Below, in pieces: positions 7,973 through 14,282 of a stretch of DNA of 32,000 nucleotides (its first letter is position 1; each line of letters opens with the position of its first letter). A program made the translations under genes and the position numbers. The stretch comes from an uncultured Candidatus Nitrosotenuis sp. (lineage in GTDB: Archaea > Thermoproteota > Nitrososphaeria > Nitrososphaerales > Nitrosopumilaceae), in contig CAYVBR010000015.1 in assembly GCA_964449865.1 (NCBI GenBank), positions 173,341-205,340 on the forward strand, in the 5' to 3' direction. The notes under the pieces are model-generated. The model was not told the DNA's origin. It worked only from the letters and a program-made list of their open reading frames with translations, and ran no database searches.

Positions 7973-8436
7973 TTTTGTTTATAGTTGGATATTTCTATCC
8001 AAGCTACATCACCGTATTTTTCTTGAGCTTTCTTGATGTATTCAATAACTTCAGTATTTTCTTTAATTAATTGTATGACCCACCCAAATGCTTGTTCTGC
8101 CATCGTTGACGTGAGTGTTCCTTGCTTGATCAAAATAGCTACGGTTTCTACTTCATTTAAAAAATTTTCAAGATCCCTTTCAGTGACGGAATTCTCGCCG
8201 TTTTGCAAAACTTTTTGTTTTAATCGAATCGCTTCAATGATTCTCTTTCCTTCGTCTGATCTGTAGATTGATTCATTCAACCTAAGTAAAAGATCCGCCT
8301 CTGTCGATTTTCTAAATAAATCGAATGAATCTTTAGCTATTTTGTTTGATTTTCGTGTTTGACGATCTGATAGAAATACGCCTAACAAAGCTACAGAGAT
8401 TCCTACAATTGCAGCATAAATTTCCCAATCTGCCAC
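7969..8436 (-). CDS. Membrane-anchored hypothetical protein (155 aa), translationally coupled to cas1
   Basis: The N-terminal TM helix is IYAAIVGISVALLGVFL. The stop overlaps the cas1 ATG (ATGA at 7969..7972). The C-terminal pattern LNEVETVAILIKQGTLTSTMAEQAFGWVI resembles that of the ORF at 6193..6846. Confidence 0.65.
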   Translation of the reverse strand: MADWEIYAAIVGISVALLGVFLSDRQTRKSNKIAKDSFDLFRKSTEADLLLRLNESIYRSDEGKRIIEAIRLKQKVLQNGENSVTERDLENFLNEVETVAILIKQGTLTSTMAEQAFGWVIQLIKENTEVIEYIKKAQEKYGDVAWIEISNYKQK

Positions 8437-8479
8437 GAAATAAGATTACTTTCAGTGTCTAAAAGATTTACGACAGCCC

Positions 8480-8518
8480 TGCAGATTTTTACGCGTAAAG
8501 TGGGGGGAGACTATTTTT
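8480..8518 (-). repeat. Right terminal inverted repeat of casposon
   Basis: Its reverse complement matches 1999..2037 at about 32 of 39 positions. It is followed directly by the right TSD copy. Confidence 0.85.
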
Positions 8519-8536
8519 ATCGACAAAGAGTAAAAA
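8519..8536. repeat. Right copy of direct repeat / target-site duplication
   Basis: The string atcgacaaagagtaaaaa is identical to 1986..2003. It is a non-coding duplicate of the EF-2 terminus. Confidence 0.85.
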
Positions 8537-8907
8537 GACAAGCCCCCTTCATTATGGTAATTCTGTAACTTGATTCATAAAACCAAACGATATGATTGTG
8601 AGGTTCCATCTAATATTTAGTAAAAGAATTTCCAATGCCGAATGAAAGTTGAAGTCGGTATTGATCCACGATTAACAGAAAAAATACTGCAATCTGATCT
8701 CTTGGGGTTCACAGAAAACCGCAGAGTAGTCTTTCTGATGTATATTTGACTGGAGTCGTTTTCACACAATCGTATTTTTCAAATTGAAGATGATCAAAAC
8801 AATATAGATTTTGACAAAACTTGAATTTTTTACCATTGTTTATTGTCGGCAAAGATATTGAGTCGTGTTGACAGCGGTATAAGTTTCATGGATACTTCTA
8901 TTCAACA

Positions 8908-9195
8908 TTATTGATTAATGTCTGAGATAGTTGATGCAAACACCTTTCCGCTTTTAGTCAAGGCAACGTTAATCTTGGAAGACTCTATTTTAGATTCAAC
9001 GAGTCCTTTTTTCTCTAGCCAAACAATGTGTTTTGCAAGTCTCGCGTAATTTAGATTGGCTTCAAGGGACAACTCCGTCTTGCCTTCAGCACCTTTATCT
9101 GCCATAATTTGCATGATACGTGATAGAACAGTCATACTTGGTTTAAAATCAGGTACTGGCTTCTTACTTTCAATGTTTTCTTGTTTTTTTATCAT
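8908..9195 (-). CDS. Small winged-helix DNA-binding protein (95 aa), paralog 1
   Basis: The layout is wHTH-like: LSRIMQIMADKG...LNYARLAKHIVWLEKKGLVES...INVALTKSGK. Residues around 46-80 are identical to the ORF at 11589..11864. Confidence 0.75.
   Translation of the reverse strand: MIKKQENIESKKPVPDFKPSMTVLSRIMQIMADKGAEGKTELSLEANLNYARLAKHIVWLEKKGLVESKIESSKINVALTKSGKVFASTISDINQ
8955..9060 (-). repeat. 106-bp perfect inverted repeat, arm 1 (inside wHTH paralog 1)
   Basis: By my reading, the reverse complement of 8955..9060 equals 11718..11823 exactly. Similarity decays sharply outside the block. Confidence 0.8.
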
Positions 9196-9218
9196 TCACT
9201 AACTTATTGTTAGTAAAG

Positions 9219-9262
9219 CTATTAAGCCACGCTGACATTTGAGTTATGTTCATTGACATGTG
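9219..9262 (-). promoter_or_regulatory. Shared promoter/operator module, copy A (upstream of wHTH paralog 1)
   Basis: The minus strand reads catgtcaatgaacataactcaaatgtcagcgtggcttaatag. The TATA-like ttaatag starts 30 nt before the ATG. About 41 of 49 positions match copy B with identical spacing. Confidence 0.6.
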
Positions 9263-9425
9263 TGTTAGGATCATGGACGAACTTGTCACCATTATGGACA
9301 AAAATACGGTTGTTGAATCGACATTACGAAGAAGGTAAAACCACTATGAAGTAAAACTATTTTTGGTATGCCTCTGAACATCCATCTACTGTAAAGTTAA
9401 TTTCTTAGATGGGATAATTGCGTTT

Positions 9426-9893
9426 ATGCAAAACGAGCATCGACAAAGTTACGGCATCGTTTACAAATCATTGGTGTTTTTTCTTATTCTGTATATGCCC
9501 GTTCTGTACACTCACGAATTAGGGCATTCTTTGGTATGTGTGTTTGAAGGTGGCCATGTTGAAACTCTGTACGTATCATGGCTCGGCGAGGGTAACAGCA
9601 GCTGTGTGCCAGAACCAGATGATCAATTTCTGTACCATCTGTCTGGAGGGGCATTTGCCAGCATGTTATCTGCCATACTGCTAATCGTATGGAAAACAAT
9701 TCCAAATTACGTCAAGATAGTTTCAATAACCTTTGCGGCAAGTCAGGGCATAAATGCGCTAATTGAGGCCTTTGTACACGTTAGTTACATCAATGATCAT
9801 TTTATGCGCTACACCGTATTTAACGTGATTACTTTTGCGATATTTACTGGTCTTATGATTGCGTATATTCGGCAACACTACAAAACTCTCTGA
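9426..9893 (+). CDS. Small polytopic membrane protein with HExxH motif (putative membrane metalloprotease-like), 155 aa
   Basis: An HELGH motif follows the first TM helix (YTHELGHSLV). At least four hydrophobic segments are present. The family is not identified. Confidence 0.55.
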   Translation: MQNEHRQSYGIVYKSLVFFLILYMPVLYTHELGHSLVCVFEGGHVETLYVSWLGEGNSSCVPEPDDQFLYHLSGGAFASMLSAILLIVWKTIPNYVKIVSITFAASQGINALIEAFVHVSYINDHFMRYTVFNVITFAIFTGLMIAYIRQHYKTL

Positions 9894-10040
9894 TTTTCAA
9901 AATAAATTTGACCCTGTTTGTGTAATGTTAGAAGTAAAATCCTACTATACTACATTATCAATTCTCTAGTTTCTTACTCTGCGGCACTTTCTTACTGCCT
10001 TTTAAAATATCCGTTGACAGATAAGTACACAATATTGATG

Positions 10041-10084
10041 GATCTGTCAATGAAACTAACACAAATGTAAGCGCAGCTTAATAG
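10041..10084 (+). promoter_or_regulatory. Shared promoter/operator module, copy B (upstream of the DUF3494-like gene)
   Basis: The sequence is gatctgtcaatgaaactaacacaaatgtaagcgcagcttaatag. The TATA-like box is 29 nt upstream of the ATG at 10107. An imperfect dyad attgatgga|tctgtcaat spans 10034..10051. Confidence 0.6.
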
Positions 10085-10106
10085 ATTTACTAATGATATT
10101 TTTTCA

Positions 10107-11018
10107 ATGACTAAAAATAACATCACAAATTATTTTGTAATGTCTGTACTGATATTCTCAGCTACTGGTATGTTACAAAATAATGCTTTTGCAGCACCGA
10201 CGCTTGGAACCGCTAACAATTTCGCAGTCCTAGGCGGCACGACAGTAACCAATACTGGCGCAACTATCGTCATAGGCGATCTTGGTGTCAGTTCACCTGG
10301 CGTCGCATGCACTGGATTTGTTGGATGTACAACAACTGGATTGGGAACCGTATCTGGAACCATACAGGTAGGTACTCCGATTGCAAATCAGGCTCATGCT
10401 GACGCAGCAACTGCATATGGATCACTCATTGGAACCGCATGTACGGTCAATGAACCAGCTGTTGCAGACATAGGCGGACAAACACTTACACCTGGAGTCT
10501 ATTGTTTCCCATCCTCAGCAGCCATAACTGGAAATCTTACTCTTAGTGGCAACGGAGTTTACATCTTCAAAATAGGAAGCACTCTTGTCACTGCAGCAAG
10601 TAACAGTAATGTAATACTGACAAATGGTGCCACAGCAAACAACGTCTTTTGGGCAGTGGGAAGTTCCGCAACTCTTGGAACTAACTCTATTCTCAAAGGA
10701 ACCGTAATTGCTTACACCTCAATCACCTCAACTGCTGGAGCAGCAGTAGACGGTAGACTGCTTGCGATAAATGGTGCAGTCACACTAGATACCAACAGAA
10801 TTACTATAGTTGGTCCTGGTACTGGCGATACAGGCGGACATAATGACGACGATTGTATTGGAGGACATGGTAATGGACACGGTAATGGACATGACAAAGA
10901 CCACGATGGAAAAGACCATGATGGCAAAGACCACAATGGAAAAGACCATGATGGAAAAAACCACAACGACAAAGACAATCACGGTAAAGATGCAGGCAAA
11001 AAATCAGGCAAAAACTAA
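10107..11018 (+). CDS. Secreted ice-binding-like (DUF3494-type) beta-solenoid protein with His/Asp/Lys-rich C-terminal tail
   Basis: A signal peptide ends in NAFA. The N-terminal signature [32 protein letters not shown], and later [15 protein letters not shown], are typical of DUF3494. The tail is [43 protein letters not shown]. Confidence 0.75.
   Translation: [303 protein letters not shown]
10861..10992 (+). repeat. In-frame tandem 15-bp repeats (aaagaccaYgatgga) encoding (K-D-H-D/N-G)n
   Basis: About six degenerate 15-bp units are visible, preceded by ggtaatggacaY x2. They also generate several spurious alternative-frame and antisense ORFs. Confidence 0.75.
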
Positions 11019-11588
11019 ACCCCCCTCTTTTTTTAATTATGTTTGATTGAGTCATATTATTTAGCAACCCCTAAAAGTTAGTGTCGAACATACATCTTGT
11101 TGGCAACTGGCTCTGGCTGTGCTAAGTGCAGACTCGTTCACAATGGATTGGTAGAACCAATCTGCAAGTGTAGATGTCATGTGGGACTGGCCACAGATCG
11201 GATTGAACTTGCAGCAAAATACATCGTGGAAGGCTCTAAGAGATGACTGAATCTAGAATTCGGCTTTTATTTGTTAACTGACAATGTCACTAAAAATTTG
11301 GCTTTGTTATGGTTCCGCACCAAAGATCAAGAAGATGATCAAGGAATCGTGTGTTGTTCATTTTGGAGTCTTTACTTCGTGCGTCCTTTGAGTCTTTTAC
11401 AAATCTCACAAAAGTTTTTACTTTTACGCTAATGGTTTTGTATTCTTTTCTGGGCAGGCTACAACCATTTGAGTATGCTATATAAGGATTGGTACGAATT
11501 CAGACACCTTTTTTCCGTTGCCGTGATATTCGCATTGCTACCTTAAATAGGATTGTCCCGTACAATTAATGGAGTAAGGTAGGAAATT

Positions 11589-11864
11589 ATGACACAAATA
11601 AGAATTGAAAGCACAACATTGGATCAGGACTTTGAGCCTAGCATAAAAACTCTGTCACGCATTATGCAAACCCTGACTGATAATGGCTCTGGCGGCAAGA
11701 CTCAGATATCACTTGATGCCAATCTAAATTACGCGAGACTTGCAAAACACATTGTTTGGCTAGAGAAAAAAGGACTCGTTGAATCTAAAATAGAGTCTTC
11801 CAAGATTAACGTTGCCTTGACTAGAAATGGCAAGGTATTTGCATCAATGATTTCAAAAGCGTAG
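11589..11864 (+). CDS. Small winged-helix DNA-binding protein (91 aa), paralog 2
   Basis: The wHTH layout matches the ORF at 8908..9195. The central/C-terminal segment is identical (LNYARLAKHIVWLEKKGLVESKIESSKINVALT) and the N-terminus has diverged. Confidence 0.75.
   Translation: MTQIRIESTTLDQDFEPSIKTLSRIMQTLTDNGSGGKTQISLDANLNYARLAKHIVWLEKKGLVESKIESSKINVALTRNGKVFASMISKA
11718..11823 (+). repeat. 106-bp perfect inverted repeat, arm 2 (inside wHTH paralog 2)
   Basis: It is identical to the reverse complement of 8955..9060. Confidence 0.8.
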
Positions 11865-11882
11865 ATATCAATAAAACTGATA

Positions 11883-11926
11883 GATCTGTCCATAAAACTT
11901 ACGACAATGTAAGCGCAGCTTAATAG
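11883..11926 (+). promoter_or_regulatory. Shared promoter/operator module, copy C (upstream of the beta-helix repeat gene)
   Basis: The sequence is gatctgtccataaaacttacgacaatgtaagcgcagcttaatag. The 37-nt offset between gatctgtc and the TATA-like box is the same as in copies B and D. The ATG follows 26 nt after the TATA start. Confidence 0.6.
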
Positions 11927-11945
11927 ATTTGTTAGTACTAAACTA

Positions 11946-12704
11946 ATGTTGACAAACATCAAGCAATTTCTGATATTTTCTGTTTTGGTTACCGTGATTT
12001 CTGTTATAGCCTTTACTACTCAAAACGTAGTGGCATTAACTATTGATGGCAGAACTGCGTGTGAATCTGCACCTATCAATGGAGTTTGGGTTCCACTCGA
12101 TAGAACCTGCACTGTTACGACTCTTGTGATTGGTTCTGTTGACGGATTAACTATTCCAACTGACGTGGTTCTAAATGCTATGGCAATAATTAACAGCGGT
12201 GTCATCACTAATAATGGCCAAGTTAACGTTGCATCTGGTGGTGTCATAACAACCTCTGGCAAGATTAACAATTATGGAATTATTGGTATTGATGATGGTA
12301 CGATAACAAACAGCGGTCAATTTGTAAATATTGGCATCGTCGATTCGTCTGGAACAATTACAAATGGTCAGACGGGTGTCATGTTCATTATGGGCAGTAT
12401 AATTAACGACGGTGTCATCACCTCGTCTGGAAATATAGCCGTAAACAGCACTGGCATACTAGTCAATAATGGCGCCATGATCAATACGCTGAATATGATT
12501 AACGACGGTGTCATCATTACGTCTGGTACATTTACCAACAGCGGCCCAGTTACAAATATCGGTGATATTTGGAGCTCAGGCCTCGTCGTTAATAATAATT
12601 CAATTATTAATCCTGGCAACATATACAATCTGTGCGGTGGAACAGTCACTGATTCCGGAACAATAGCCGTAAATGCGGTAATTGCCTGTGTAGACCTGCC
12701 TTAA
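11946..12704 (+). CDS. Secreted repeat protein, probable parallel beta-helix (252 aa)
   Basis: An N-terminal signal/anchor is present (FLIFSVLVTVISVIAF). There are many short G-x-I-T-N-x-G / INN-x-G repeats, for example SGVITNNGQVNV, GGVITTSGKINN, DGTITNSGQFVN and SGTITNGQTGV. Confidence 0.7.
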   Translation: MLTNIKQFLIFSVLVTVISVIAFTTQNVVALTIDGRTACESAPINGVWVPLDRTCTVTTLVIGSVDGLTIPTDVVLNAMAIINSGVITNNGQVNVASGGVITTSGKINNYGIIGIDDGTITNSGQFVNIGIVDSSGTITNGQTGVMFIMGSIINDGVITSSGNIAVNSTGILVNNGAMINTLNMINDGVIITSGTFTNSGPVTNIGDIWSSGLVVNNNSIINPGNIYNLCGGTVTDSGTIAVNAVIACVDLP

Positions 12705-12850
12705 GGAATATGTTTTTCTAATACAAAAATTGCTTCTGACTCCGAATTAATTCTATGACTGCCTGATCTCGTGCAACTTGGATCATAGGACTGGATAATG
12801 ACACTAACTAAAATTTACAATATTAAATAACCATCCCACCCAAAATTGGC

Positions 12851-13261
12851 ATGTCACAAGTTTGGCTAGGCAGAATCTATCTAAAAGAAGAGGGTGGATA
12901 TGAAATTATTTTACGTGCCTTGGGCCATTACAGAAAAAGATTAAAGTCAATCGGAAAGTCCCCCGAACTAAAGGATGCGCCAATGTTTGCAACAATAGTT
13001 ATCTCTGAGGCAAGCAAGATTGGGCCTCAAATCGACCCCGCAATATCAAAAATAAAAAATGCGCTGGAGCATCCAGAAATGCTATCTGAACTGCAGGCAG
13101 ATGTTCCGTTGTATGAAAAAGCGCTAAATTGTTACGAATCTGACATCAAACGAGCGCAAAACGAAGAGTTCTATTCTAACCTGCTATCTGGAAATGATTA
13201 CGTGGCCACTGATTACGATAACATCAAAACAGCGCTTGAAAAAATAAGCCAGTTCTCTTAG
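12851..13261 (+). CDS. Hypothetical protein (136 aa)
   Basis: The ORF has plausible composition but I recognise no motif. Its 3' end overlaps the convergent neighbour by 4 nt. Confidence 0.55.
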   Translation: MSQVWLGRIYLKEEGGYEIILRALGHYRKRLKSIGKSPELKDAPMFATIVISEASKIGPQIDPAISKIKNALEHPEMLSELQADVPLYEKALNCYESDIKRAQNEEFYSNLLSGNDYVATDYDNIKTALEKISQFS

Positions 13262-13605
13262 TCTGATTTTGAGTCTGCCGATTTTTTCCTTTCCAATGCA
13301 TCAATTTTCTCAGCAAGATCCAATATTTTGTTTAGTGTCTCCTCATTCTGCAAATCAATTTTCTGTATTTTGTTTAGGATGGTATCGTGCTTTTCATCGT
13401 ATTTTTTTATTCTATTCAAAGTCAAATCTTGAATGTCTGCAATTTTCTTTTGGCGATAGTAGACCCACCAGCTGATTATGCCACCTATTGCAGCTCCGCC
13501 CGCTATTCCAACGTATGTGCTTGACGCATTTGTCATGTCTATGCAGTCTTTGGTTATTTCAGGAATGCAACCAAACAAAAAAAGCAAGTCTTGAAACATG
13601 CTCAT
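13258..13605 (-). CDS. Membrane-anchored coiled-coil hypothetical protein (115 aa)
   Basis: A TM helix (GIAGGAAIGGIISWWVYY) is followed by a heptad-like charged helix. Confidence 0.55.
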   Translation of the reverse strand: MSMFQDLLFLFGCIPEITKDCIDMTNASSTYVGIAGGAAIGGIISWWVYYRQKKIADIQDLTLNRIKKYDEKHDTILNKIQKIDLQNEETLNKILDLAEKIDALERKKSADSKSD

Positions 13606-13682
13606 ACTCTATGTCTGCTTTATAACATGTTTTCGCTCTTGAAAGGACTGAATCAAATACTGGAAAAATCTAATTCGGCATT

Positions 13683-13916
13683 ATGGGAATAAAGACGGCA
13701 TCCGAATACGTAAAGTTCTATGTCGGACTTGACATGCAGGGAAGCATTGGGCTTTTGAGCTTTGTAAATAATGAGCGGCTAGTCCTGAAGCATAAGCTTG
13801 AAAACAAAAACTTGGCAAAGGATCCAATTCTACACGGCCTTAGAATTCTAGACGACCTGACAAATGAAATACAAATCTTTGGCGAGGCCTCCGTTTTAGA
13901 AAAATATTCAAAATGA
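13683..13916 (+). CDS. Hypothetical protein (77 aa)
   Basis: This rests on the ORF only. Confidence 0.4.
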   Translation: MGIKTASEYVKFYVGLDMQGSIGLLSFVNNERLVLKHKLENKNLAKDPILHGLRILDDLTNEIQIFGEASVLEKYSK

Positions 13917-13947
13917 ATCTGACTGATGTGCGGCTCGTAAATCTTTG

Positions 13948-14226
13948 TCAGCGAATCTTCTTATGTCTATAACGATTTTTGATGAATCTGTTGTGATATT
14001 GATCATGTGATAATGCATACTGCATCAGCCCATCATGGATCTTTTTTGGTACGCCAAAGTATTGGTATATGCCTCCCTGGCGGAACTCTATCTCAAGCGT
14101 CTGCGTCGCCTCGTCATATCCGACTGATTTTAGATCACTTGACTCAATACGCATCCTTTCCATCCCATGTTCTGTGTACTGTGTCCATAAAACCATACTG
14201 CGGTTCATGAAAAATTCCGAAATCAA
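13948..14226 (-). CDS. KTSC-domain protein (true start probably internal, Met at 14163 or 14154)
   Basis: The sequence SDLKSVGYDEATQTLEIEFRQGGIYQYFGVPKKIHDGLMQ...NRFIKNRYRHKKI matches the KTSC pattern (S-x-I-x-x-V-G-Y-D...L-E-V-E-F...Y-x-Y-x-x-V-P). Confidence 0.75.
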   Translation of the reverse strand: MISEFFMNRSMVLWTQYTEHGMERMRIESSDLKSVGYDEATQTLEIEFRQGGIYQYFGVPKKIHDGLMQYALSHDQYHNRFIKNRYRHKKIR

Positions 14227-14282
14227 GTTGTTCTGGATTAACCAAAACCATTTTCACCTAATTCACTAACAAATTGTTCTAA

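Larger units (their letters stand above)
1999..8518. mobile_element. Casposon-type self-synthesising transposon (Cas1 casposase + protein-primed PolB), ~6.5 kb, integrated at the 3' end of aEF-2
   Basis: The element has TIRs at both ends and a flanking 13-18 bp TSD. It encodes Cas1 (6923..7972) and pPolB (3263..5152) with catalytic motifs intact. There is no CRISPR array or cas2. The region looks more AT-rich than the EF-2 flank by eye (not computed). Confidence 0.88.

Noticed and set aside
1986-8536. I considered a tRNA gene as the integration target, or a tyrosine/serine recombinase-type integrated provirus.
   Set aside because: No tRNA-like sequence flanks the element, and no tyrosine or serine recombinase, capsid or terminase-like ORF is present. 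The ends are inverted repeats with a TSD, which is transposon-like.
8642-8749. A 35-aa ORF (MKVEVGIDPRLTEKILQSDLLGFTENRRVVFLMYI) lies in the gap right of the casposon.
   Set aside because: It could be a gene fragment or relic. It is short with no recognisable motif, so it is not supportable.
10712-11067. Several overlapping ORFs on both strands cover the 3' end of the DUF3494-like gene.
   Set aside because: They are artefacts of the 15-bp tandem repeat being open in multiple frames. Only the frame continuous with the DUF3494 domain makes sense.
11090-11245. A Cys-rich open frame (..GSGCAKCRLVHNGLVEPICKCRCH..) lies in the 550-bp gap before wHTH paralog 2.
   Set aside because: It has no ATG/GTG start in a sensible position (only a TTG), and I see no supporting promoter. 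It may be a pseudogene remnant but cannot be shown from sequence alone.
12020-12649. Minus-strand ORFs of 83 and 93 aa lie inside the beta-helix repeat gene.
   Set aside because: They are shadow ORFs of a repeat-rich coding region.
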